Source of the DNA: Octopus bimaculoides
Lineage: Eukaryota
NCBI RefSeq assembly: GCF_001194135.2
Contig: NC_068983.1
Coordinates: 118,818,431-118,882,430 of the forward strand
Direction of reading: 5' to 3'
Length of the DNA: 64,000 nt
Of the stretch, positions 25,863-39,397 are shown piece by piece. The notes under the pieces were generated by a model, which ran no database searches, was not told the origin of the DNA, and was given only the letters and a program-made list of their open reading frames with translations. Position numbers and translations under genes: made by a program. Positions within the stretch are counted from its first letter, which is position 1. Each line of letters starts with the position of its first letter.

Positions 25863-26075
<213 letters not shown>

Positions 26076-26247
26076 CCAGTAGTTTTATTTTTATAGCGTG
26101 CTTTCACTTCACTACCGAGCGCAACTCTGTGTGCCTTGAGTATGTGCTGTGGCTTGCTGTGATGCTCTTATGGTTACTGTATTGAAAGTGTTTTGCGTAG
26201 GATGCGTGAAGTGCCCAGTAGTGCAATTTTCTGTATGTTATACATAA

Positions 26248-26415
26248 CGCAGCTGGCAAAAGCGTTAACACGCCAGAGAGAAAGCTTAGCTGCATTTCGT
26301 CTGTCTTTACGTTCTGAGTTTACATTCTGCCGAGGTCGACTTTCGGGTCGATAAAATAAGTACCAATTGAATACTGGGTTCGATGTAATCGACTTACCTC
26401 TACCCTGAAGTTACT
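26248..26415 (+). mobile_element. SINE family A copy (degenerate)
   Basis: GCAGCTGGCAAAAGCGTTAACACGCC...TTACGTTCTGAG...GAGGTCGACTTT. Confidence 0.8.
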
Positions 26416-29400
26416 GAGTCCTCGAATCATTATATAAAGAAGAAAAAATCAAAGAGTAAGTGATCAGACACCTATAAATTAATTGTGCTGTTCTAGGGAA
26501 AAGCGTGAATACAATCCATTTCCATACCTACAAAATATATAGGCATTTTCATTGACTAAAAACAATATTCCTATATCTATTTAAAATTTAAGTTACCAAA
26601 TATACTTTCACAGAAGCATTTTTGACAAATATTTAAACCACAACTTAAGTCTATAATTTCTGTTATTCTTTTAAAACATTTATATTTTCTTTAATGTACT
26701 TTTTACAACTTCATTTGACGTCAATGTACAACTTTGTATGACTTCTTGTGACGTCAATTTATATATAAATATAATTTCTGAAATATTTTGGAAGCCATAG
26801 AAAGGTAAACTGTAATACGCATGTAAGAAATTTGATGGTGATTAACTTCCCTGACAGAATATTTTATACCACCATGATGCAGCTACGTTCAAGAAGGCTT
26901 ATCAGAACCACTGACTTGTCGGTTGATTGTTCAGTACTATGTGGATCCAGACAGACATCTCCAGGTCTCTTTATATTGGACAAAAGCAATGGTTCTAAGG
27001 TTAAGAAGTGCGCTTCGCATTCATGCAGTTTCAGGCTCCATACGACAGTGGTTCACCTTGAGAAAGTGTTCTCTACTTTAGCTTCGGATTAATTAATACC
27101 TATGGAATTTGGTAAACGGAAACTCACTGTATGTGAACACACACACATAAACGCACATACAGACACACAGACACACACAGATTTTACTTGTAAGATTAGA
27201 AAAGAGCAAAGCTGCGTCTAGACTCATCAGTCGCCCCTCCCCACTAATGAATGTGTTGTTAAGAATTTGTAATGTATCATAACGAAAAGAGATTACTGGG
27301 CGTCGCATGTGTGTGTGTGTGTGTGCGTGTGCGTGTGCGTGTGCGTGCATGCGCGTGCGCCAGTGTGTGTGTGTATTGCTGCAGTTTACAGACTGAATGT
27401 TTCAGTAATGAAATTCCGGTTTTGCTAATTAGCCGATGTGTCTCGGCGGAGGATGTAAATATCGCGCCCCAACCAATACGAAAACGGTAAATAAAATAAT
27501 AAAATAAGAAACGGTATTTCACAAATGAAGTTCCGTGAGTTGTTTAGTCTTCGTCGAGTTACGAAAATCCCCCATTGTCATTCTTGCCATCATAAAATGC
27601 AGGAACTAACGATTGACCTGTTAAAACTTGTAATCAACGACGCTATTCTTCATTAATCGTGATACAAACGGCTAAATATACATAGGAATATTTTTTTTAG
27701 AAGACAAGGAATAACATTACTAATATACTTTAATAATGTAAGTGAAAGGGATTTTTAGTTCAACCAAGGAACAAATTTTATGAAAACCCATAGTTTTACC
27801 TCCTGTTAAAAAGCATATTGAACGTCAATTTTAGTTCTAAGATTAATTCATTTTGATACAAGAGGTACAAGGCTTTATATATATATATATATATATATAT
27901 ATNNNNNNNNNNNNNNNNNNNNNNNNNNNNNNNNNNNNNNNNNNNNNNNNNNNNNNNNNNNNNNNNNNNNNNNNNNNNNNNNNNNNNNNNNNNNNNNNNN
28001 NNNNNNNNNNNNNNNNNNNNNNNNNNNNNNNNNNNNNNNNNNNNNNNNNNNNNNNNNNNNNNNNNNNNNNNNNNNNNNNNNNNNNNNNNNNNNNNNNNNN
28101 NNNNNNNNNNNNNNNNNNNNNNNNNNNNNNNNNNNNNNNNNNNNNNNNNNNNNNNNNNNNNNNNNNNNNNNNNNNNNNNNNNNNNNNNNNNNNNNNNNNN
28201 NNNNNNNNNNNNNNNNNNNNNNNNNNNNNNNNNNNNNNNNNNNNNNNNNNNNNNNNNNNNNNNNNNNNNNNNNNNNNNNNNNNNNNNNNNNNNNNNNNNN
28301 NNNNNNNNNNNNNNNNNNNNNNNNNNNNNNNNNNNNNNNNNNNNNNNNNNNNNNNNNNNNNNNNNNNNNNNNNNNNNNNNNNNNTTTGTAGACGTAAACT
28401 GCTTATACGACGACGTTTTGCAACGTACTTGTTCTTCAGTAAACTGGCAGAGTGTGATAGGAAGATTTTCCTAGCAGGCCGAACGTCGGCGTGGAAACTA
28501 TCTCATTAGCTCAGAGATGAGAAACTACAATGTGGTTGTTGAATTCTCTATAAATACATAAAACTCAGCATGTGTGTATGTGTGTGTGTGTGTGTGTGTA
28601 AACTCGCATAACTTTTGAACTTTGTAACTGATTTTCTTCAGACTGGGATCATACATTACTTATGTTCCGGAGATGATTTTAGACTCTTAAACTTTTTCAC
28701 ATAATGAATAATGGGGCCTCTGAGGCCAGAAAACCCCCTTTCCTGGGATAAGTACGACTACTGTGAAGAGAGGTAACTCTTTGCGAAGTAACTTTTCTTA
28801 AAATTTGCAAAAATATTGATATTATTTACCATTTTTATTGAGATTTCATTATTAACGTACAATTACCATCTTAGTTTATTACCTCATATTTATTACCTCA
28901 TAGCAGAGAAAGTAAAAAGAACAAATGAATCGTTACATGAGACTTCAATTAGACTATCACAAAATGCTACATGTACAGCTGCTGAAAAAGCAATGGAAAG
29001 CGATGAGCAGCGTAGTTTTCACCTGGCTAGGAATCCTACATTAACAGCTTCAGCCAAGCCCGCTTACCATGTCATTTCTTTCATGTGGATTTCTCTCATG
29101 TGGTATTGATGAGCGCGCCCACAGGCTTAATTTATCGCTGATAGTTCAGCGGGATAGCGACAGCGCCGACAGCCGCAATGAGAGTATATCCACTAAGAGC
29201 TTTTTAGTGCATTCAAAAATCACACCCCACCCACTTTTCCATGACAAGTTTAGGGCCTGGAATCTTCCAAACAGACGCACATGTTGCTTAGTCGAATTAG
29301 CCCTTCATCAACTCTGCAAATGTTTTGTCGTCAATGCTGCACTTCCCCGTATCACATGTTTCAACTGAACTGTACCATATATACAAATTATGCCATTCAG

Positions 29401-31901
29401 ATCCCGAGCAACGCTGGGTTTGTCTGCTAGTCCGATGAAATGTTTTTGAAGTTATTTCATTCTTACTCTCTCTATCTCTATATCTATCTCCCCCTCTCAT
29501 TCTTCCCTCTACTGTTCTTCGCCTCTCCCTGTCACTACTATCTCTCTCTCTATCTCTCGCTGCTCGTCCTTCGCCTCTCACTGTTACTACTACTATCTCT
29601 CTCCCTCTCTACCTCTCGCTGCTCATTTTCGTTCTTCGACTCCTCAAGCTCGCACGTACTTCTTTGCCCCTCCAGTTCGTGCCTCACAGCGTTCAATACA
29701 TACACACTTCACGTCTGGCTGTACAGCCTTTTTGTTTGTTTATTTCACCGTTTCNNNNNNNNNNNNNNNNNNNNNNNNNNNNNNNNNNNNNNNNNNNNNN
29801 NNNNNNNNNNNNNNNNNNNNNNNNNNNNNNNNNNNNNNNNNNNNNNNNNNNNNNNNNNNNNNNNNNNNNNNNNNNNNNNNNNNNNNNNNNNNNNNNNNNN
29901 NNNNNNNNNNNNNNNNNNNNNNNNNNNNNNNNNNNNNNNNNNNNNNNNNNNNNNNNNNNNNNNNNNNNNNNNNNNNNNNNNNNNNNNNNNNNNNNNNNNN
30001 NNNNNNNNNNNNNNNNNNNNNNNNNNNNNNNNNNNNNNNNNNNNNNNNNNNNNNNNNNNNNNNNNNNNNNNNNNNNNNNNNNNNNNNNNNNNNNNNNNNN
30101 NNNNNNNNNNNNNNNNNNNNNNNNNNNNNNNNNNNNNNNNNNNNNNNNNNNNNNNNNNNNNNNNNNNNNNNNNNNNNNNNNNNNNNNNNNNNNNNNNNNN
30201 NNNNNNNNNNNNNNNNNNNNNNNNNNNNNNNNNNNNNNNNNNNNNNNNNNNNNNNNNNNNNNNNNNNNNNNNNNNNNNNNNNNNNNNNNNNNNNNNNNNN
30301 NNNNNNNNNNNNNNNATATCCCAGACACACCAAGACTTCACTTTTCAAGCCTTTAGCATTCCTTCAGGAATATTTCTAATTTTTATTCCCCACTTACCGA
30401 TCAACACATAGCTGAACCTTTTATGACATTTTATTTTTCGTTAATTTGAAGGCGTCAAACGACACACCTCTGCCAAAGCTGATCCATGAAGTTTGGATTC
30501 TCCCCTCCTTTATCACTTCAGGAGTGATGAAAAGGTTAAATCAATCTCAGAAGAACTGGTACTTTTGAATCATAGACCTGGAAATGTTTACTAATATGTC
30601 TATACATTCCAGCTAACCTAGCTCTGAATTAACTCGGCCACACTATTCTGCGATAGAGAGTATGTAATTACCTTAAGATGTGTAGTTAAGCTTTATCATG
30701 ATTAAAGGTGACTGCTGGGCGAGAGATAAATTTTATGGCATCTCCACCTAGTAAATTTATGAGTAGTAAAATCTGAATCTAGTGTGAAATAATCATTCCG
30801 TAGTAACACAAAGAAGGCATAACCCAGAAATGTTTTCTTATGACACTCACATACACTACGTATATTAAAACATTTACACAGGTATAGGTTAACAAGGGTG
30901 TCCTCACACACACCGGAGAAAAATGCAGGCGTGTGCATGTATGTATGTATGCATGTATCTATGTATGCATGTATGTATGTATGTATTCAGAGTCGATCAA
31001 ATTTAATATCGACTTAACTCATCACTAGATTTTTGGCCAATCTGACGACAATCACTTCTTCTGCTCCTTGGTGAATTAAATGCGGGCATATTGGTTTTTA
31101 AATGGATGCGATATTTGATATATGTGGTTATGTTGTGTAGTCCCATGATAATCGTAATGGAGCAAACCTCTGATTAAATGTATTCCAGTTATAACCATCA
31201 TGTATTTTTCCTATCTATAGGGAATCCCAGGTCACATTACGCAACGGTTCTTTTAAAAGAGTGTAGCTTGTAAACTGAAAAAGACTTGGATGCTATTTTT
31301 AATATAACTTTTTATCATGTACATGTCTCCCTCATTGCCTCACACACACACACGCACGCACGCNNNNNNNNNNNNNNNNNNNNNNNNNNNNNNNNNNNNN
31401 NNNNNNNNNNNNNNNNNNNNNNNNNNNNNNNNNNNNNNNNNNNNNNNNNNNNNNNNNNNNNNNNNNNNNNNNNNNNNNNNNNNNNNNNNNNNNNNNNNNN
31501 NNNNNNNNNNNNNNNNNNNNNNNNNNNNNNNNNNNNNNNNNNNNNNNNNNNNNNNNNNNNNNNNNNNNNNNNNNNNNNNNNNNNNNNNNNNNNNNNNNNN
31601 NNNNNNNNNNNNNNNNNNNNNNNNNNNNNNNNNNNNNNNNNNNNNNNNNNNNNNNNNNNNNNNNNNNNNNNNNNNNNNNNNNNNNNNNNNNNNNNNNNNN
31701 NNNNNNNNNNNNNNNNNNNNNNNNNNNNNNNNNNNNNNNNNNNNNNNNNNNNNNNNNNNNNNNNNNNNNNNNNNNNNNNNNNNNNNNNNNNNNNNNNNNN
31801 NNNNNNNNNNNNNNNNNNNNNNNNNNNNNNNNNNNNNNNNNNNNNNNNNNNNGATTGATTTTGCAGGCATGAAAATACTTTAACTACACAATATATAAAA
31901 C

Positions 31902-32225
31902 AGTGGAGGCGCAATGGTCCAGTGGTTAGGGCAGCAGACTCGCGGTTGGAGGATTGCGGTTTCGATTCCCAGACTTGGCGTTGCGTGTGTTTATTGAACG
32001 AAAACACCTAAAAAGCTCCACGAGGCTCCGGCAGTGGATGATGGCGACCCCTGAGGGGACTCTTTCGCCCCAACTTTCTCTAACTTTTTCTTCCTGTTTC
32101 TTGAGTAACGCTGCGATGGACTGGCGTCCCATCCAGCTGGTAGGGGGGACACATACGCCATAGAAACCGGGAAACTGGGCCCATGAGCCTGGCTAGGCTT
32201 GAAAAGGGCGCATAAAACATAAAAG
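31902..32225 (+). mobile_element. tRNA-derived SINE family B, tail variant 1, with TSD
   Basis: A box TGGTCCAGTGG, B box GTTTCGATTCC; flanks AATATATAAAAC (31890-31901) and AATATATGAAAC (32226-32237). Confidence 0.88.
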
Positions 32226-33551
32226 AATATATGAAACAATGATGTGCACATCTATTTTTTTTGATATGTTCCGACAGATTCAAACGCAGAAATGCTAGTC
32301 TCTGTTGTGTAAATCACTGAGAAGTTGTACCTTTTACACCGACAGTGTGCTCATAACACATTGGCTAACAGAAGCACTATACGGTGATTTTAGGTTAGAT
32401 AGATGAAAAATAGTTTAGTAACGTATTCAAACGTAACCAATTTGGTTAGACAGTTGGGTTATTCTCCCTGTGATCTCAAAAAGATTTTCATCTGAATACA
32501 TATAGCATTTACCAGCCTCTTATCAGAGATCTGTTATTTCTTCTGTCCACAAAGGTAATATTAACTCATGCTTATAGTGTACACTGACTCGAGCAGAACT
32601 AAATTGACTTGCCTATTTAGCATAATAGTACAAACATTTGTAAGGTGAACTAATTAATGGAAGAACAATACGCTTCAGGATAATTAGAATTGTAAGATAA
32701 GACTTTGAAATATATACTTTTAGTAGATACAGATCTGGAGAGAGATAAGACCCACCAGGTGTAAGTACACCCACAAAGGCCATAGATACTATCTCTTCCT
32801 CCAGACACAAAACAAGACTATTGTAATGTGCGTTCTTTTTCTAGTCAAATTAGCGGTAAAAGGTATATAAATAGGTATTATATTCGCATAACTGTTGCAG
32901 CTCGTAGATGGTTCCTCAACATGTACAATATATTATTTTATAATAACATCCTAAAATTTTACGGGTTAAATTAAAATGTTGGAAATTGAATTTTTTCCCA
33001 AAGGTATTTTTGGAACGTTAATAAGAGAAAACGACAGCTTCAGACCGAAATCAGATCGCATATTCTACTCACTGGAAAAAGATAAACCTTATATTCCATT
33101 GAGACATACGAAAATCAGTTGAAGAGGCTGTTTTACGTAGTCTATTTAAGGAGAGTCAGTTTAGAGGGAGCCTTCTACCCACCATCAGCGATACAAAGGT
33201 CTGATTTCGAACGCTGCACTGTTACAAGCATCAGTTATCGAATGTTATTATAGTATTTGTGGCACTGTGGCTGCTAAAATGTTGTTGCTGTAGTTGTTGT
33301 AGTCAGGCCTCGAATGCAACGTTGCACGCAACAATAGTGTCACTACCGCTTACCGCAGCAACTGCCTTTCTTTTAATAAGAATAAATATCGAAACATTAG
33401 AATATACAGAAATATATACAAAACAATATGGAAAGATAAAGGTAATCCGAGTTTGGAAAAGAAATATTTTGTAAGTAAATGGGTTTGTTTGTTACAACTG
33501 GCAAACGTGATGAAAATGGAGAAGTTCCTTTTGTACCTCAATAGTCCTGTG

Positions 33552-33969
33552 AGTGGAGGCGCAATGGCCCAGTGGTTAGGGCAGCGGACTCGCGGTCATA
33601 GGATCGCGGTTTCGATTCCCAGACNNNNNNNNNNTCATAGGATCGCGGTTTCGATTCCCAGACCGGGCGTTGTGAGTGTTTATTGAACGAAAACACCTAA
33701 AGCTCCATGAGGCCCATCCGGCAGGGGATGGTGACGAACCCTGCTGTACTCTTTCACCACAACTTTCTCTCACTCTTACTTCTTGTTTCTGTTGTGCCTG
33801 TAATTCAAAGGGTCAGCATTGTCACGCTGAATACCCCCGAGAACTACGTTAAGGGTACACGTGTGTGTGGAGTGCTCAGCCACTTGCACGTTAATTTCAC
33901 GAGCAGGCTGTTCCGTTGATCGGATCAACTGGAACGCTCGACGTCGTAAGCGACGGAGTGCCAACAACA
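33552..33969 (+). mobile_element. tRNA-derived SINE family B, tail variant 2
   Basis: Same head as 31902; 3' end GGAACGCTCGACGTCGTAAGCGACGGAGTGCCAACAACA; contains a 10-N gap with duplicated flanks. Confidence 0.9.
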
Positions 33970-34153
33970 GCCTTGTGATCGGCGGGACATCTTAGGCGAG
34001 TGTTTGTCTTTCAAGGGTTTTCTATCGATCCAAGCCTTGTGCGTGAAACTACACAGACGGAAGCATGGAACCCTACCAGATGGAATACATTTGCAATTCA
34101 AAGCACCAGTCTTATCATTGTATCAAGCTAGTTCTGATTGGGATTACTCAAAG

Positions 34154-34398
34154 CAGTGATTCTCAACAATTTTTTACGCATGAACCTCTTTGATTCCTAC
34201 TTAAACTCGAATATATTCTCCTAGCCATTTGATGTTTAAAAAATTATATTTTTGTGATTAAATATTATTAGGAATTTAATTTTAAAAATTGTGAAAATAT
34301 TTTGTGTATTGTTAAAGTATATCTAACTTATTGCACAAATTTTAACAGCAAATTCTCAGACTCCCAAAGGCCATATAGACCCCAGTTGAGAACTACTG
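34154..34398. mobile_element. hAT-Charlie-type MITE
   Basis: TIRs CAGTGATTCTCAAC and GTTGAGAACTACTG resemble the CAGTGGTTCTCAAC Charlie/MER5-type end; 8-bp flanks only partly matched. Confidence 0.6.
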
Positions 34399-34586
34399 AC
34401 CTACAGGCTATAATTATCTGTAGAATACTCAACCACTTTCACTATAATTCACTCAACTGACAGTTCAGTTGACCAAACAACTGGAATAATTATTGTAGAA
34501 CTTGACAGAGACCCATTGTGAGACTGGGTTTCTATTCTAGTGACGTTTATTTGCTGTTTCAATAAAAACCCTCGCAAATTATTCTT

Positions 34587-34854
34587 TCACTCTTTTACTT
34601 GTTTCTGTAACTTTTACTGCGGCCATGGTGGAGCACCGCCTTAAAGAGTTTTAGTTGAAGAAATCGACCCCAAGGCTTACTTTTGCAGGCCTAGTATTAT
34701 TCTACTAGTCTCTTTTATCGAACCGCTAAGTTCGGGGACACAACCACACTAACATCGGTTGTCAAGCGATGGCAGGGTAAGAAACACACGGGACTGAACC
34801 CAGAACCATGTGGTTGTGAAACAAGCGTCTTACCACACAGGAACGCTTGCGCCT
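34587..34854 (-). mobile_element. tRNA-derived SINE family C (degenerate, deleted)
   Basis: GGGACTGAACCCAGAACCATGTGGTTG...TTACCACACAG is the reverse complement of the head seen at 41007. Confidence 0.75.
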
Positions 34855-35307
34855 TAACTAGTTACTATTTGTTTAGCTTTGTTTTTCTTTTTCATCATAA
34901 CTATATCGTTTATTGGCAAAAGTCTTAGTTAATTTCAATTTCGAGATATGTTCTACTTGCTAGTAACTATAAAGGGATATCAAATTATTAATGTTTTTTA
35001 TTTTATGATTTTATTGTCAGTTGAATATTTCAGGAATCGTTTAAACTCCGAATATTTTAAATATTTAATTCAGTAACATTTGAAAAAGGAATAGCATAAA
35101 AAGTTTCCTAAATATGGGTGCTTCTATAGTTTCGTGTTAGTGACAGTATTTGTTGAAATCGTACGCTGGTGTTCGTAAGTTTATTGAAGTTCATGCCATA
35201 AAAATACATTTTAGTGAGTATGGCAAACTATTATATATACATATATATATAAACTCATAAAGTATATATTGCTCCGTTTCTTTCACTGCAAGGAGCTGTA
35301 ACTAGAT

Positions 35308-35679
35308 ATCGTCGTCGTAACACTCCGTCGGTTACGACGACGAGGGTTCCAGTTGATCCGATCAACGAAACAGCCTGCTCGTGAAATTAACGTGTAAGTG
35401 GCTGAGCACTCCACAGATACGTGTACCTTTAACGTAGTTCTCTGGGAGATTCAGCGTGACAAAGCTGGCCCCTTTGAAATGCAGGTACAACAGAGACAAA
35501 GAGTGAGAGAAAGTTGTGGTGAGAGTACAGCAGGGTTCGCCACCACCCGCTGCCGGAGCCTCGTGGAACTTTAGGTGTTTTCGCTCAATAAACACTCACA
35601 AAGCCCGGTCTGGGAATCGAAACCGCGACCCCACGACTGCAAGTCTGGTGCCCTAACTACTGGGCCATTGCGCCTCCAC
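35308..35679 (-). mobile_element. SINE family B, tail variant 2
   Basis: Reverse complement of the 33552 copy with an internal deletion. Confidence 0.9.
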
Positions 35680-35831
35680 AGCCAGACATAGTAACTATTT
35701 GTAGATAGGTGATTTGAACCTGGGAAACGCACATGTCTCAGTCTCAAAGATAATATGATAGCACGAATAAATAATCGTTTGAAGACATGAAAAATAACGC
35801 TGAATAAGAAAGAAGTGAAAAAATAATTATT

Positions 35832-36000
35832 AATTTCAAATTTTAGCACAAGGCCAGCAATTACGGGTATGGGTGCAAGTCGATTAGGGGCAAAAGGGCA
35901 AAAGCAACGTCGGTACAATTTGAACTAAGAATGTAAAGATGGAAGAAATGACGCAAAGCGTTTTGTCCGGCGTGCTAACGATTCTATCACCTCGTTGGCT
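35832..36000 (-). mobile_element. Degenerate SINE family A
   Basis: GCACAAGGCCAGCAATT...AATTTGAACTAAGAATGTAAAGA...CGGCGTGCTAACGATTC. Confidence 0.75.
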
Positions 36001-36689
36001 TGAATGAAATAATAAATACTAGCAGGGCCTGCAAAAATTCCACAGTGTATGCCAGCATATTTGAAAACATTATGTTGTTATATTAAACACAAGCAAAGAA
36101 TTGCAAAAAAAAATCTTTTGAAATGTTGCCATTTAATCAAAACGGAACGTTCAAATATATTCGAAATAAACTTGGAGGTATTGCTTATTTTACTTCCTTT
36201 AATATGCTTGATAGATTCGTACTTTATAGTTTAAGGAAATAAAAGATGAATTAAAATAATAAAGCTTATTCGTATGTATATAAAAAAAAAACACCTTTCG
36301 CTGCCCAACCACCACCAAGTCTCAGTCAATGTTATTTACCAATTGATATTATTTTCATTTTTGTCTTCATTTCCGTACAGTTCATCAATATATCTACTTG
36401 TATATCTATCAATATATCTGTCTATCAGCATATCTATTGATATAATGGACAGAAGAACGAGAAGGACACCAAAAGAGAAACAAAATTACAGATAATAAAA
36501 CCAGATTGATAAATAGAGAAATGAAATAGTGTTGTAATGTTTTAATACCTTTGTGCTTAGTGAAAGGAAGATTTAGTGCTGAGGTAAAATTCGTTGATGA
36601 ATTGAATTTTGTTTCTAGTTTGTAGCCATTTTCATTTCAGTTACGGCGTTAATTATCTGTTAGAGACGTATGTGTCTAAACGTCACAAT

Positions 36690-36860
36690 CATGGGCGGAA
36701 ATGCCATTGTTTGGTTGAGAAATTCACTACGCAACAGTGTGATTCCGATTTCTCTCCGTGTGTGCGATACTTTAGGTAAAGACTCTTCTACCGTGACCTC
36801 GGGTTGATCAAAAGCATGTGAATGAAATATGGGATATGGAAACTGTGTATCGACATGGGA
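36690..36860 (+). mobile_element. Old SINE family C relic
   Basis: ACTTTAGGTAAAGACTCTTCTACCGTGACCTCGGGTTGATCAAAAGCATGTGAATG...GGAAACTG resembles 41080-41160. Confidence 0.5.
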
Positions 36861-38773
36861 TGGGAATCAATCGGTACAGCAAACGAAAATATCTCGTACT
36901 ATTTGGATCTGAATTGGTTAGTTCACTTCATGCCTGGTTGACTTTGCTTTTTCTCCTCTTGTGAGGACAATGAAATAAATATCAGACAAAATACTGGAAT
37001 CTATATAACTGACTAAAACCCTTAAAAGCTGCAGTTCAATGACGATTGAAACATGTAAAAGATTAAGAGAGTAATATTGATACCTCTGTGGAATTCCATA
37101 ATTTGGATGCGACCAGAAGTCTGCACTGAGAAACTTCGTGCAATACAATATAACATCATAGCAAACCACGTAACAGTATGTGTAACTGAAGAGATAGAAA
37201 TATAAAGAGGACTACACAATAGAGAGTTTTGAATTGAGGTCCCCAAAGTACCTGATTAATCGCTATCAGAATATGCTGTCTGCTATAGGCTTTCACTAAT
37301 AGAGGCAAGCACCCATGGAAACGGTTTCTAGGAAAGAAGCCACCATGTTAACTAATCTTTATTTCGTGTGTTAGTCGCTTCGAATTCCTCACCCAAATCA
37401 CAAGCAATAAGCTGTGTGCAAGCTGGCAAATCTCTTGAGATTTGATTTAATCTCAGCCCTTTGGCCCTGAATGAACTAATACACAAATACGCAGACTGAA
37501 AAAGAGTTACAGCTGACATTATAATAATATAGGTTACTATTACACCTCTACAGTTAAAAAGTGGGTGAGCCCTTTCAATAAAATTCCCATTGCAAAAGTG
37601 ATATGGAAGATTGCAAACGTCTTCATTCATTTGAACTATATCATAGAGGGGTGGATTGATAACGATAAAGTATCACCTTTAGATTTCAAACGCCTGCGCG
37701 TTATTTTTAGACGTGTTAGAGAATTACTAAAATAACCTAATCTTGGCGAACTAAGTTGGATGTTTTCGATGAATGATGAGAAAAACGATGAAAAAATTAT
37801 TTTTTTCTAAAATATGTTATAAGTTAAAATTAAAATTGCACTATATTTTTGCATATGCAAGTGTGTACAAAGTGTTTATATATGTGCATGTGCTTTCATG
37901 TATGTGTACGTGTATGAGATAGTATATATTTGTGTATGGCACATACATAGCGAATGATGAAGTTCGCTTCGCAGTTATCTGGTCCCATGTTCGAACACAT
38001 TGTACGTTTTCATGGGCGAGTGCTTTCTCAGTCATAGTCTAACCAAAGGTTTGTGAACTAAATTAGACTATGTCCATTATTACAATAGATATGCTGATAG
38101 AAAAATGCTCGTCGGATTGTTCTTCTCGAGGGCATAGTCCTCGCTGATTCTGCTTGAGAATTACATACCTCTAGAATACTCAGTCATATTCAATGTATTA
38201 CAATGAGCAGGTAGTACAGTTAATTGAATAACTTGAATACTCACTATAGATTGTGACAATAGAATCATTTATTTTTTAGACACTATGCGTACAGAGTGCC
38301 GTGATATTGCGATAAACACTTTTCTTCGAGTTCGGGACCCGTATTTTTATCTGCTTGACATTCGACGTCAAAACCCTTGGACGTTATGTCTTCCACTTTT
38401 CTTTTTACTCTAAATCTTATACTTCAGGGTTAATTATCATCGTATGAAAATTTAGGTAGAGTTTTTAAGTGCTACTATTTACAAACACATACTCATACAC
38501 GCTAACATACATCTACACGCACATAAATACACACGCACATACACGTATGCACATGCATACACGTACTCATACACACATAAATGCACACTAAATGAAAATT
38601 GACCCTAACATTTTAGTAGATATGCTGGTTAGATCACAGCTTGTGAATGTCAGTATTTAGGTCATTGGTGTCGAAAGATATATGGATCGGGATACATTGA
38701 TATGAATTCAATTCAATAAAACTAGCCACTAGTTTTATTAGTCGCCACAGGATAGAAACATATACGAACTTAG

Positions 38774-38814
<41 letters not shown>

Positions 38815-39397
38815 TCGTTAGTTTGTATGCAGGTGTGTATACGTGCACGTGTGTTACTATATGTGTGATATGAACCTTATTTATATATCGTGCATATATT
38901 AACTAATAAAAATAAATGACACAATATTGTCAAAATTGTCCAAGGTAGTCATAGTCCAGATGTACACACTTCTTAGCTATCATTTCGTCGGCCACAGATA
39001 GCGTAATGTTTTCGAAGAAAATCTTTTAGGTTATCAGATTGCCCTATCTTATCCTACCATGTGGATACCCGAGTAAGATATACGACTACTCCTGCTGTTG
39101 TGGTAGATTATTTTAGATCATGTTCTTTGCGAACAAGTAAAAACAAAATGTATTTTCAATTTCTCTAGTGAGCGTCTTTCGTTTCAGTTAGTTATGTAAG
39201 TAAAAGAAAAAAAGATTAAAGCAGTAGCCTTTCTATAATTATATATATCTTCAGTGAATGTGTGGAAAAATCTGTCACATACATTATGGAACACTTCTGA
39301 TATTAATTACTTGATTGGTCAAAGATTATACTAATAATTTACGGATTTATTATGAACTTTCTTAACTTAGTTACTTTGTATATATTATTTACGTCAC

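Noticed and set aside
27215-27245. Minus-strand CTGATGA GTCTAGAC GCAG as a hammerhead
   Set aside because: The GAAA box is absent and there is no stem I or III.
28400-28445. Minus-strand CTGAAGA..AAAACGTC as a hammerhead
   Set aside because: G12 is mutated and the flanks are direct rather than complementary repeats.
31902-31980. tRNA gene-like sequence (also at 33552, 35600, 41007, 44810)
   Set aside because: These are tRNA-derived SINE heads continuing into SINE bodies with TSDs, not tRNA genes.
33596-33663. Duplicated TCATAGGATCGCGGTTTCGATTCCCAGAC inside a SINE
   Set aside because: It flanks a 10-N gap; assembly overlap artefact.
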